Source of the DNA: Basidiobolus meristosporus CBS 931.73
Lineage: Eukaryota; Fungi; Basidiobolomycota
Direction: 5' to 3'
DNA: 64,000 nt
Assembly (NCBI GenBank): GCA_002104905.1
Contig: MCFE01000506.1
Span: forward strand, 1,221-65,220
Made by a program: the position numbers and the translations under genes. Below are positions 27,801-40,899 of the stretch, one piece after another. Within the stretch, counting starts at the first letter, position 1, and each line of letters opens with the position of its first letter. The notes under the pieces were generated by a model. That model ran no database searches. It had not been told where the DNA came from and saw nothing but the letters and a program-made list of their open reading frames with translations.

Positions 27801-29802
27801 AGTGCTGAGCCAAGAACACAAGGGAAAGGACTACCCTGTTGCCTTTGAATCCAAGAAACTGAACTCAGCAGAACAAAACTATCCAGTCCATGCAAAGGAG
27901 ATGCTTGCTATAATACACTGTTTGAAGACATGGAGATGCTATATTGAAGGAGTCAAATGCACTGTGAAGACTGATCATGCCTCCCTCAAGTATATATTTA
28001 CTCAGAAGGTACTCTCTAGAAGAATGACAAGATGGAGTGAATACATTCAGCAATTTGACCTGGAGATTGTCTACTGTCCTGGAAAAAACAACACGGTAGC
28101 TGATGCATTATCAAGATTAGATCAAGTTGCACAACTCAACTTGGTGCATGAATCAGATTGGCCTAGCCTATTACCAAAGTACTTGGAGGACCAAGCCATT
28201 CCTAATGAGGTGGATGAAGATATCAAGAAGATAATCCGTAATGAAGCCAGCAAATTTGTTGTACAGAATGAAACACTCTACCAAATTATTGATGGAAGCC
28301 CTATTGCCTATTGTCCTTATGTTGCTTGCCTGGATTTAATACATAAGCTACACAATGGATATGGACATCTTGGGACTGAAGGAACCTATAGCCTTGTGAA
28401 AGCCAGAGCCTGGTGGCCCAGAATGAAACAAGACATTGAGAAGCTAGTAAAAACATGCCCAAACTGCCAAATCAATCAAGGCCAGCCACAAAGAATTGCC
28501 AAACTTTTCCCTTTGGAGCCTGTAAGACCATTTGAGAGATGGGGAATTGACTTTATTGGAAGACTGCCAACTACCAGGAAATGCAACCGTTGGATCCTAG
28601 TAGCAATTGACCATGCCACTAAATGGCCAGTTGCTAAAGCTGTACCAATAGCCAGTGAACAAGAAGTTGCAAGTTTCATTTACCATGAGATCCTGATGCA
28701 GTTTGGATGCCCTGTGGAGATCTTATCCAATAGAGGTGCAAACTTTATGGCAAAGACATTAGAGGCTTACCTGGAAATGCAGCAGATCAGACACTTGAAA
28801 ACCCCGGCATATCACCCCAGAACTAATGGAGTCACTGAGCGGTTTAATGGATTATTTGGAAAAATGCTGACCAAGTATGCAAATGGAGTTGTCAGTAGAT
28901 GGGATGAGTATATAGACCAAGCACTCTTTGCATGCAGAGTCAGAGTACACAACACCACCCAGCAATCACCATTTTACTTAGTTTATGGATGTGAACCAAG
29001 GATTCCAGGAGATCTCACACAACCAAAGCTTACAGACACCTTAGAAGATGAACTCAGTCAGCCAAGTAGACACCAGCAACTGGAACAAAGACGTCAAGAG
29101 GCACAGACCAAAGTATCTCAAAGTGCAGAAAAGATGAAGCAGAGATTTGATAAGACTATAGCACCAGAAGCATTGACAGTTGGGAACTTTGTATTGCTAA
29201 GAAACAACACTTGGAAGAAGTTTGAGCCACAATGGACAGGACCATTCAAGATCATCAGAGAATGTCCATTTGCAACTTACCAACTGGTAGACAAACAAGG
29301 TAATATCTGGGAAGACTTAGTGCATAGGGACAGACTCAAGCGTGCAAGACTTGCTGATAATACTGAACCATCAAGATATTGGTAACACAAGAAAAGAGAT
29401 TCAGGAGAACCCTCTCAGCTTTAGTAGGGGAGAATGTTATGATCTGCCGCTTGAATGTTTAATTTAGATCAGTTTTTAGTCAAATTAATTAGTATATGTT
29501 TAGGTTATCAGTATATCAGTATTATCTATGAAATCAGTAGCATTAGTCAGCAAATGAATCAGCAGATCCTTATCAGACAGAAATAGATATATTAAGTAGG
29601 ATCTTATTGGGTGGTGATGATGCAATCAAATGAGTCATCAGCCACAGCCTACATTAGGAAATACAATTAGTCAGCAATTGATCTGGCAAAATGTATATAA
29701 GGAGCTGCTGGAACCTCAATAAAAATCAGTTCAAGTTTTAGTGAATACAATACTAGCTAAACTCCCTATTCCTCCACAACTCTTATACCAAGACTTGTAA
29801 CA
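24866..29802 (+). mobile_element. Full-length Ty3/gypsy retrotransposon (family A, 4937 bp)
   Basis: 368-bp LTRs at 24866-25233 and 29435-29802 (5 substitutions counted), PBS-like TGGTAGCAGC at 25235-25244, PPT AGTAGGGGAGAA at 29423-29434, flanking ATTG duplication. Confidence 0.96.
25292..29385 (+). pseudogene. Gypsy single-ORF gag-pol with 1 nonsense codon and 1 frameshift
   Basis: Gag MSDNQEWK... with TAA at 25409-25411; 1-nt deletion at DG(L)K ~25828. Then [45 protein letters not shown] and GPF. No chromodomain. Confidence 0.92.
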
Positions 29803-30419
29803 ATTGCAAAGACTGGCAGATGAGATGCTTGACCTTGCAGTGCTGGCTGAAGACCAAGAGGTGTGGAAACCAGCAAATGAACAGTGGCATGAAGCTATTT
29901 TGTACATATCAAAGTCTTGGAAATAGAGCATTACAGCAGAAAAACTTATTGAGTGGTGGATTTTAATAGAGTTACTTGTTGTGTGTGGGGCTGGGCTTGA
30001 TTTCAGTGTAGGGTTCAGGGACTTGTACAGGTCAATTCAATTGGCTATAAATATAAATAAACAATTTGTATGCTTGAAAAGTAAGAGAAATGGTTGAGTC
30101 AGAAAGTAAGGAGTGTGAAAAGGAGGCAATAGTCAATCAATGCACATAAATGTGGGAGGTGAAAGAGTGTCTGGAATCAGAAAGTGAGAAAATTGGCAAA
30201 GAACCAACTAAAAGCCACTTTTCTATTGTTCTGATGAAAAATTTTGACCAAGTTTTTTATAATATCTGAGGTGCAATTATTTTTTGACAGTCTTGACATG
30301 GAGTCCTGGTGGAAGCAATACCTCTTAGTCACAGAACGTAGAATCTGTGCTGGCCTTTTGATGGGTTCAACACAATGGCTTTTTATAAGGTCTGATTTCA
30401 CCAAAAACGTGGTCAACAT

Positions 30420-31338
30420 TTATATTCCCAATGATTCCTAAGATGTTTTGGTGTGGTTCCATGATATTTCACTCACTATTTAACATGCCATGCTCAATGT
30501 TCTATGTTTAAGCAGTAAGACTGGATGCTGGTAACTGACCATCATGTAGAAGCACATATTATTGTTTGCATTGGAGACACCCCAGCCATCAGCAAGATAG
30601 CCAGCTGCTCTAGGCATAATGGATGGTATTGCTGTCAAATGTGTCAGACTCAGGGGATTTATTTCATAGCTCACTCAATAAACTATTATTAAAACACTAA
30701 CAATAAGAACATCCTCTTTCCACTGAGTGAACAAGCATGCAGCTGAATATGTAGATCTCCACAAATACTCTATTTATTGTCAACTCCATCTTGCTTAGTT
30801 TGGAGAACCCTGGACCTTGCTTCACCTTTTGGAAGCTTTGCATGGAGGGGATGCATGGGAGGAGAGGAAGAGAAGTCATGTGGCCAGTACTACCATATCC
30901 CAAGCTCATCAAGAATTTTACTTTCAAGTCTGTTGTGGATGTGATAAATTGGCTTGTGAAGGACGGCCAGCCAGAGTTGGAAAATAGCAAGGACAGATGT
31001 GCACATAGGGAAACCTTTTCCTTTGGTATTAAGGAGCTGAGCAGGCCACATTTGCAAGTAATCAGCTTAGTAAGACAAGGCTGGGTTGGATGCAACAAGC
31101 AACTGTTTCTAATATGGACATCTTTAACAAGTTATGCTGGATTTCTGCTGGGTACAAGTCAAATTCAGCACCATTTAATACTGATTGCATAAAACAGTAA
31201 TCAGAGCACACTTATAAGAGAGACTAGAATCCAGCATAGAGAAGGAATAAATGACCAAGTATCAAAAAGCTTTGCGGACATCAAAGAGGTATCCATATCT
31301 AAAGTGGTGGTAATCAAGTATATGTTAGCAAGATATAT
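30420..31338 (+). mobile_element. Older CACTA transposase remnant; resumes at 37069-37187 after copy C
   Basis: LENPGPCFTFWK...PYPKLIKN (30791-31192). Joining 31338 to 37072 gives a sequence that aligns with 52370-52430 of copy D. Confidence 0.7.
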
Positions 31339-33648
31339 TCTTATGAAAAATTATTGAGATAATCCTGTCAAAAGGCTGTCACAAAGTTAAAGTCCTGTAA
31401 CTAAGAAGTGCTGATCCTGTCAGGGCATTGTACAGAGACTGTTGAAAAATAATTTTACCCCAGATTTCACAAAAAACCTGGTCAAAATTTTCCATCACAA
31501 TGATGAATAAGTGGCTTTTGATTGGTTCCCTGACAATTTGCTCACTTTCTGATCCCAGACACTTTATTGCCTTCTATGATTGTGTGCACTGATTGGCTAT
31601 TGCCTCTTTTTGTACTCCTTACTTCCTGACTCAACCATTTCTCTCACTATTCATGTATACAATTTGATATATTTCCATTGCATCTTCAGTTATACAATAA
31701 TTGCCAACTGTATTGACCTATACAAGTCCCTATACCCTACACTAACATTAAGCTCAGCCCCACACTCAACAAGTGACTCTATTAAAATCCACCACTCAAT
31801 AACTATTTCTGCTGTAATGCTCTGGTTCCACAACTTTGGTGGTAGCCCAATGGATTTATGCCACTGTTCATTCACTGGTTCCCACATGTCCTGGTCTTCA
31901 GCTGGCACTTCAAGGTCTAGCACCTCATCTGCCAGTCTTTGCAATAAATCCTGGAATATTCCAGTATGTTTTCTTGAGCACTGCTCTTGAAGAAGTGCTG
32001 CAACCTCTTGGTGTGCCTATTAATGTTCCAAAACTCCACTGATGGCATTGTGATAGTCTTTTGAGCTCTTGACATTGCAGCCTTGTCTGTCAGTGGGATC
32101 TCCACTCTGTCAACAATGGAAGATGTGGAGGCTGTGGTCAACAAATTGCATCTTCCAGCAAATGCATCTACCTTGCTGGAGTGTAGCTCAACTGGCTGCA
32201 CTTCCAGCTCTTGTGAAAACAGCTGTTCTCTTATTGGTAATTCTTCTTGAATATGATGGGATTCAGTCTGTTTGTGGCTTGTGGTGTTAACTGCCAAGAA
32301 CTGCAGTTTTTTTTTCATGCCTCCCTGTCTCAGGCTTGGTCAAACATTTTCCCTTAGCCTTCTCCTTTATCACTGCCAGGTCTTTCACTGCTACTTTGTC
32401 TGATAGCTTCTTGTAAAGAACCATGTTTTTTCCTGGATAAATTCTGCTCTGATGCATCTGTTTTGGCCTGCTTGTTCCTTGTTGGCTCTCTTCTAGCAGC
32501 CTGATGTTTCTTTTCTACTGGTTTTGAGCCCTCAACTGTAGTTGTGACAGGCTCCTGTAAAGCAGCTGGTTTTTATCATTGCCAGGTCCTTCACCAATAC
32601 TTGGACTGGGTGCTTTTTGAGTAGAACTATACTTTTTTCTTCATAAATGTTGTGCTGGTGCATCCGTGTCTACCTGCTAGTCCCCAATTGGCACTCTTCC
32701 AGCTACCTGACATCTCTTTGATGCTTGTCTAGAGCTTTTGGCCTTGCTTATAACAGGCTCTTGAGGAAGCTGCTGATTTTCATCCATGGCACCCTTGTTC
32801 TTCTGCCTTTGATAATTTTGGCTTTTCTTCAGGTACTTTCTTAGCATACCAATGCTGGCCCAAAATCTGTTTGCCCATTTAAATCCAGGATAATGCTCAT
32901 GGAACAAGTCAAGTGCATTGTGTTTGGCCTTGAGTTCCTGATGGTCCCAAGGTGTGCCAGCCTTAAGGTGATGGCATGCTAGACTCCTGATGGCCTTTTG
33001 AATATTAGCCCACTCTTCATTATTGCATACAACAGCTTCATGGATCTTCAATGTCTTTTGATTTTACGGCTTTAGTACACACACCACATTGTCTCCCTCC
33101 CATGCTGTGATAGGTTTCTCTGTGGGCTTTATCTTTGGGCACTGTTGTTGTGCTTCAACAACTGTACAGTGTTCCTCTGCTGTTACATTGGGAAATGGCT
33201 CAATTCTTGGCTGTGACATTGAGCTACTGGAGTTCCTTCTTTGCAGCAAAGATACTGCTCTCTCTACCTGGGATATTGATTGCTCTACATGTATTATCTA
33301 CTCATCCTGTTTCTGGACTATTTCCTGATTTCTCTGGGACATTGCATCTATCCTAGCAGCCACTGCACCTGATTGCTTCATTAATGCTTGAGTATGAGCT
33401 GACAACATACTTGCTAATATGGGTGGTGGTGATATTATCATGGCCACTTGCTAGTCTTCAACTGAGGGTACTGTGCTTGCTACATTCTCATCTGCTTAAG
33501 CATAATGGTCTGCTTGTGGCTCTGCAGAGGTTCTCAATTGCCCACTTGACTGAGAGCCTGAGGAGTCTGCATTATTACCTTCAATGGGCACACTGTCCAC
33601 AGGGCCTTCTTTGGATGTAGCCTTGCTTGTTGCACTGAAGGCCAAAGC

Positions 33649-33991
33649 TGTTGTAAAAATTTGTCTTTCCACCTAAATATTCATTTTAGTCACTTAGATC
33701 ATTACCTTCAAACACTAGAGAGTACTGGCCAAATTACTCGTTGGGATTTTCTTAGAATACTTTCACCAAAATACCAGGTACCCAGAACATGAAAATTCTC
33801 AAAGTTGTCCAAACAGCCCCAAGCTTTCCACACATGTTCTTGGGACCTTCCTCAACCTATTCTATGTGTTTGTAATGCCAAGACCAGGTAGAAGTATAAA
33901 TACTACTTTACATTCAATAAATCATTAAGTGAAACCACATAATCTACTTGTTCTCCTAATCACTTCCAATATCTCCAAGACTCTTACAACA
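33649..33991 (+). mobile_element. Solo LTR, copia family B (343 bp)
   Basis: TGTTGTAA...TTACAACA with perfect 5-bp TSD AAAGC (33644-33648 and 33992-33996). Empty site at ~49567 in copy D. Confidence 0.93.
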
Positions 33992-34305
33992 AAAGCAAGC
34001 TGTAATCTAACTGTTCTTCTGTTGCCATCAGTGGTGGGGCTTGATTGAGAACCAGACAATTTTGCTTTATTTTTTGGTGGCATATATATGGAAGCAAGTC
34101 AAACCGAAGGGGAAATAGTGTTACATATACATGTGTATGTGGTGCCACAATTTTATTTATAATGCTTACTATGGCAGGTCAATATTGAATCTTACATTCA
34201 CATAGGTGCAATGTCTCAAGTACAAGACTGTCTTCAGTTCACATGAGCATTGACCAAAAAGTGATATAATAGTGTTACGTCATTAAAGGTCAAACTGTTG
34301 GCCCC

Positions 34306-36760
34306 ATGGACAAGACTACTTTGACTCAATGTTTAAGAGAAGAGAAAATTGAGTATATGGCTATTGCAGCAAGCCTCTCAGCCATGAAGCACACAGACAG
34401 CATAGGAAGTATTACAAGGATCATGGCCAGTGTTTTGCCACCTAAGTCATATTTGACCATTCATTGGTCACTACTGTACCAACATTATCTTGCCAGCAAG
34501 TTGATACTTCTTTATCAGCACCTGGCTGTCTTTGTCACCTTGCGCAAACTGAGTCAGGTGAGTTTGTAACACCATTAGGCTCACCTCAGCCTTCTGAATA
34601 TGGCATGCAGAGTGATAGCTCTGACAAAGAAGGTTCACTGATGGATTTGTGCCTATCCCCCCTAACAACAGTACTATGTATGAGCCCGGTCAAATCATCA
34701 TATGCAATGAGACAACACCTGTTGAAACAAATGCCAAGGATACTTTAGGGAGCCAAGTGAGCCCAGTAATCTATCTACTAGTCATTGATGTAATGTTGTG
34801 GCTAGAGAAGTGGCATGTTTCCACTAATATCAGTAATGGGGGCTCTGAGGATTTTTTACTACTTCTTGCCAAAATCATACCAGGATGCAACTTACCATGT
34901 ACATGGTATAAGTGTACAACCGTCATGTGGCTGGCAACATCAGATCCAGTGACTGTCCTGATTCCAGCATGTGTTAACAGTTGCATGGCATTCACATCCA
35001 AAAATGCTACCATTGCAACATGTCCAAATTGTCAGGAATCCACCACCATTGAGGGAAAAGATTGTTTTCACTCCAGATACATCCCGTCATACCCCATCTG
35101 AGGAAGCTGATGCAGTCCAACAAATATTGCAAAGCTATACAGTACCACACTCAGTAACAATCAAGCGCAAACATATCCAATATATTTGATGGCAAGCATT
35201 ACAAGCAGCTAAGAAGCAAGGGCTACTTTGAAGGTATATATGACCATGCCTTTGCTTTAGCACTTGATGGATTCTTGTTAAACAAGTACTCTACCAGCAA
35301 ATGCTGCTGGCCACTGATTCTCATCAATCTGAATCTACCACCCATCTTACAGTATCAGAGCAATAATCTGATGGTAGTCCCAATGGTATCTGGGCCTAAA
35401 CCATCACCCAGCCTGGATAGCTGCCTGTATCCATTGCTGGATGAATTTTGTATGCTTTCCAGCATGATAACAGTAAGTGGCCATCATGTAAAAGCACATA
35501 TTATTATCTACATTGGAGATACCCCAGCCATCAGCAAGATAGCAGGTTTCCCAGGCACAATGGATGGTATTGCTGTTAAATGTGTGAGATTCAAGGAATT
35601 TACTCCATAACTCACACACATTATTATTACCCAAACACTAGCACTAAGAACTTCATTTCTCCACAGAGAGAACATACAGAAGTCAGCATGCAATTGCAGC
35701 AAAGTTGGCAAGCTAAACACCATTGGCCAGAATATGGAATCAATTGGAAACTGGAGATATTTAAGATACAGGGTAACTGTTGGAGCAAAAGCTTTCCACT
35801 GGGACAAATGCATTTGCTTTTCAACAGTATCCCTATACTGATGACCAAGTTGTACATGGTGTACTTCCAGCTAAATGAGCCCTTTGAGATACTGGAGAAA
35901 TTTGAAAGAATTGGCAAGATATTACAAAGTATCCCCTACCCTAAGTACTTCTCATGGGCTTCAATCAATAATCATATGCATTTGCAACAATACAAATGCA
36001 AAGACTGGATGAACTGAATATGTATTTATTCAAGTGGTGTTCTCAAGCCATTCCTGCCAAGAGTACATTGGAAGCATTGGGAGTCATATTTGGACATTAT
36101 AGGAGCATTTATCCAAAAGCAGACCACCAATGCCAACTTGACAAATCTACAGCTGTTGTGTGAGGAGTTGGTAAAGGGATATGAGCAGATATACTGCAAA
36201 CATAAAGCTGAATGTGTAGATCTCTGCCACTACTGGATCTATAATCTACTCTATCTTGGACAGTGTGTGGAGAATATTGGGCCTTGCTTCACCTTTTGAT
36301 AGTTTCCTATAGAGTGGATGTGTGGGGAGGTAGGAAGACAAGTCAAGTTGCAGATACAACCATATACCAATCTCATCAAGAATATTACCTTCAAGTCCCT
36401 CATGGATGTGATGGGTTGGAACATGGAGGATGGCCACAAAGGGTTGGAAAATACTGAGGACATATGTGCACATGTAGACACCTATGCCTATGGCATTAAG
36501 AAGCCAAGCAGCCCCAATGCATGGGTAATCAGTTAAGTTATGCAAAGTTGGGTTGAGTGCAACAAGCAGCTAATTTTTATTAGGAAGACTCTGCCAAGAT
36601 ATGCTGGATTTCTTATGGTCACAAGCCAACTTCTACACCATTCAATACAGAATTCACACAAACAAGCAGAAAATGGAAACACCATTTGATAAATTGGTAC
36701 GGTAGCACTATACAGAACCAGCTGTAGGCTGTCATACTGCCAATATAATGCCATCAGTAT
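34306..36760 (+). pseudogene. CACTA (Transposase_21/TnpD-like) transposase, copy C
   Basis: Motifs LALDGF, WPLILINLNLPP, SGPKP, IGDTPAISKIAGF, QMHLLFN, ENIGPCFTF. Broken by stops and frameshifts. Confidence 0.85.
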
Positions 36761-37187
36761 CTTGCTGTGAGGCTGTCAAAATACCGTCATGTTTCTTGCC
36801 ATATAAGGAAATTTGACATCCTGGCCAACTGGATACACTTAAAATAGTTGTAGTGCGCTAAAAGACCGCAACAATATCATGCAAATATTGTCAAGTTGTA
36901 TCCCTTTATTTGGTTGTAAAATTAGCAAAACATTGTCATGATCCTGTCAAAAGACTGTCAGGAGGGTCACTAATTCCTAACTGCTGGTATTGTGATGGTC
37001 ACTTAGCAAGATCCTGATTGCTGATCTGGATTGGATCCACCCACAGGACCAAATTATTCTTCATAGGGTATATGTAGCCTGTATTGCAAGGTTTGTGGAT
37101 AGTTCACAAGTATCACACAGCAAAGTCATAATATACAAAGAGTTATTTGATCTTGCAAATATATAATCTTGATTAGATGTAGGGATT

Positions 37188-37920
37188 AGACTTGTTCTGT
37201 TGGATAGTGCCACATTGAGCCATGAGTGCCAAATAGTGCCATAGTGTGCCTGAGAGTCATAGTAGACCTAAACTTGGCCACAGAGTGTGGCATAGAGTTC
37301 TGCATATTCATGCAAAGCAGCCCCTGTGTTTCACCTACAGTGCAGGAGAAAATCAATTTTTTAACCTTTTTTTTGGATCAAAATTGTGCATGACATAAAA
37401 GAGCACTGACAGACTGAAGATATGCATCTGGTACACAATACCCATGGCACTCTAAATCTAGCCCCACAGGCTTGTAGCATGTCACAAAAATGCATGGCAC
37501 TATCTTGGTCCACTGGTACTATCTGGCACTATAAGTGCTTTGTATAGGTTCTACTTTAGGGCTAATATTTAAATATAGTGCCAGATAGTACCAGTGGACC
37601 AAGATAGTGCCATGCATTTTTGTGACATGCTACAAGCCTGTGGGGCTAGATTTAGAGTGCCATGGGTATTGTGTACCAGATGCATAACTTCAGTCTGTCT
37701 GTGCTCTTTTATGTCATGCACAATTTTGATCCCAAAAAAAAGGTTAAAAAATTGATTTTCTCCTACACCGTAGGTGAAATACAGGGGCTGCTTTGCATGA
37801 ATATGCAGAACTCTATGCCACACTCTGTGGCCAAGTTTAGGTCTGCTATGACTCTCAGGCACACTATGGCACTATTTGGCACTCATGGCTCAATGTGGCA
37901 CCATCCAACGGAACAAGTCT
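37188..37920. mobile_element. 733-bp foldback MITE
   Basis: AGACTTGTT...AACAAGTCT. Inverted arms 37188-37530 and 37577-37920 around a 46-nt loop. TSD ATT on both sides. Confidence 0.93.
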
Positions 37921-37929
37921 ATTCTGCTT

Positions 37930-38760
37930 TGAGAGCATCATAATGTTAGCAGCTTGGAATTATTCACCCTCTTCATAATTGTATGGCAGGATTGTGAAGG
38001 TGTTTGTCTGTTTTTGCTGCCATAAAAGTAGAAATTTGACAATGTTTTAATAGTCTTTTAGCAGGACTGGCAAGGCTTTTGAAGGACGCAGTGTGGTCTA
38101 CATTTATTTAAGCAGAACTAACTAGCCAATACATATAATTGCCTTACATGGAAGAGCTTAAGCATGTTTTGACCTGCTTGTTGCAGACCTTAATTGGAAT
38201 TATCATGGAGTAGTGTGGCCAAAAGCTAGTCTTGTACAATACTACAACACCAATTTACCATATGGTGATTCTTCTTTGTACCTCTCTATGTACCTTTGTT
38301 ATATCCTACTTTTGTATCACCCTTCCTCATTTGCTTACCCATTACTACCACAGGGCACCCACTGCAATCAACACCAATCTGTCACCCCATCTTTACAGCT
38401 TTTCAGTGCAACACCTGCAACATTACCATACACTTGTATTACCTATGATATATACATTATGTAGGAGTATTCATGGTAGCTACCACTTTACCATGAATAC
38501 CTCCTAAATATCTGCAGAGCACTTTTGGTACTTGTTATATATGTTCCTTCTCCCTGCTAATTCTAGTCACTCACATATGTGTACTGTGGTTCTTGCTGGT
38601 ACAAATTCTGTATTTAAAGGTACAAAGATTAGCTTGTATCCTACAGAAGGTTGAAATACATTGGTAAAGAAGTATATTTGAGCTTCAGATAGGCTTATAT
38701 CTGAAACACTAAACCTACAAAAATGTAAGCTCTAAGAATAATTTACTATAGTATGTTTCC
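37930..38760 (-). mobile_element. CACTA right-end region fragment
   Basis: Reverse-complement homolog of ~52250-52970. Confidence 0.6.
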
Positions 38761-38772
38761 TTGGTGTAATAA

Positions 38773-39800
38773 CTCAATAAGAAATATTTATGATGATCAT
38801 GTCAAAAGTCCATCACAAAGCTAAAGTCCCATGACTAGGAGGTAGTGATCCCACCAGGACACCATGTAAAGGCTATTGACAAATAATTGTACCCCAGATT
38901 TTGTAAGAAACTTGGTCAAAGTTTTTCATTACAACTGTACATAAGTTGCTTGTGATTGGTCCTCTGCTAGTCCTCTCACTTTCTGATCCTGTACATTCAA
39001 TCACCTCCTATGCTTATATACTTAGATTTGCTATTGCCTCTTTTTTGCATTCCTTACTTCACAACTCAACCAATTCTCTTACATTTTATGCATACATATT
39101 GATTTATTTCCACTGAAACATCAGCTCTACTTCATTTGCCAATTATGTTGACCTATACAAGTCCCTATGCCCAACACTAAACTTAAGCCCAACCCCACAT
39201 CCAACAAGTATTTCCATCAAAATTCACCATTCAATAAGTATTTCTGCTGTAATGCTCTTTTTCAATGATTTTGGCTAGAGCCCTGTGACCTTATGCCACT
39301 ATCAATTCACTGGTTCCCACATATCCTGGCCTTCAGCCAGCACTGCAAGGGCTAGCACTGCATCTGCCAGTCATTGTAATAAATTCTTGCAATATTCAAG
39401 TGCATTTTCTTAAGCACTGCTCTTGAGGAAGTGCTGCAACCTCCTGGTGTGCCTATTAGTGTTCCAAGATCTCACTGTAGGCACTGTAATAGTCTTTTGA
39501 GTTTGTAATGTTGTTGCTTCTTTAGTCAGTGGGATCTCCACTCTGTCAACAGTGAAGGATGTGGAAGCAGTGGTAGACATATTGCTACTCTCTGCAAACC
39601 CCTTTACCTCACTGGAGTGTAACTCAACTAGCTATGCTTTCAACTCTTGAGAAAACAGCTTTTGTCTTGTTGGCAATTCTTCTTGGCTATGATGGGATTC
39701 ACCCTATTTGGGGCTGAAGGCGTTAATTGGTGAGAGCTGCAGCTTTTTCTCAGGCTTCCCTGTCTCTGGCTTGAGTAGGCCTTTTTCTTTATACATTTAC
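38773..39800 (-). mobile_element. CACTA left terminus plus ORF1 3' end (copy E fragment)
   Basis: Degenerate left TIR/subterminal at 38773. Colinear with 46528-47550. Interrupted at 39800 by copy F. Confidence 0.72.
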
Positions 39801-40899
39801 CCCTTTGAAAACTAATAAGGTCCTGCAGGTGAATTCTATCCAGATCAGCCATCAAGATCCCATCTGGGGACCATTATAATGCCAGTAGCTTGGAATTGAT
39901 GGCCATCTACACAATCTTAAGATGGGATCACAGCAGCATTTGGCAAATTTTGCTGCCAAATAAAGTTAAAAAACATAATGGTGCTTGAACAGTGTTTTGC
40001 CAAGGGTGGCATGGCATTGTGCTGGACTTGTTGCACTCTATAATGCTCAGAGTGGATTGAACTGGCTAGTACATCCAATTGCCTTATATGGCAAAAAAGC
40101 TTGTCAGTGTTTTGATGGCCTCATTGCAAGTCTCAGATTTCATTAGCATGGCAGTATGGTGCCCTACAGCTAGTTCTGTATAATGCTACCATTAAAATTT
40201 ACTAAATGATATTTTCTTTTTCTACCTGCCCTTGCGCAACCCATATATTCCACTCTAGAATCCCCCCTCCTTATTTGCTTACCCACTACTATCTTGAGTA
40301 TTCCACATATAATTTGAATCTAAAAACACTATGGTCTCCTACTTACCAGCCTCTACAATCATGCAAGCCTACCAAAATTGGCATATTTCTATCACATCAA
40401 CTTTACAGCTTTTCAGTGTGATACTTGCAAAGTTGCCACATACCTTGTATTGCTGATGACATAGAAGCCTAGCAAACATATGCATTATTGTCACCACTTT
40501 TACAATGAATAACACCTGAATATCTGCAAAGAACTTTTTGGTACTTAGCCAATAGACTTGGTCCACTGTACCATGTCAGGGTGTGCAGCACAATCCACAG
40601 TTGCAAAGAACAATCAGGTGCAGTTATGTGGCTACCTGAAGGCAGGATTGCTCTTGGACAATTTTGCTCTATGGAGGATAATCTTGCACACTATGGCACA
40701 ATCTGACACAACAAGGCTGGCACAAAAAATTGTGCCAACCTGTAATGTTTGCATCATGTGCACAATTGGATACAATCATTGTGGTAGGCAAAATCCAGTA
40801 CTTGGATATGTTTCTTTATGTAAATGGAAATAGATATGTATCACACTATAAACTACACTGATACTTACCATTTTAGCTACCATCACTACAATTGGGCAG

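Larger units (their letters stand above)
17261..30390 (-). mobile_element. CACTA/CMC copy B (internally deleted; hosts the full-length copia and gypsy)
   Basis: Termini CCATATGAAAAA (17261) and TTTTATAAGG (30390), with 3-bp TSD TCT on both sides (17258-17260 and 30391-30393). Transposase remnant on minus (17700-19148) is fused directly to the ORF1 3' part on plus. Confidence 0.85.
31339..37068 (+). mobile_element. CACTA/CMC copy C (complete structure, both ORFs degenerate)
   Basis: Termini TCTTATGAAAAA (31339) and TTCTTCATAGGG (37068), 3-bp TSD TAT. ORF1 on minus (ATG at 34083), transposase on plus (ATG at 34306). Confidence 0.9.
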
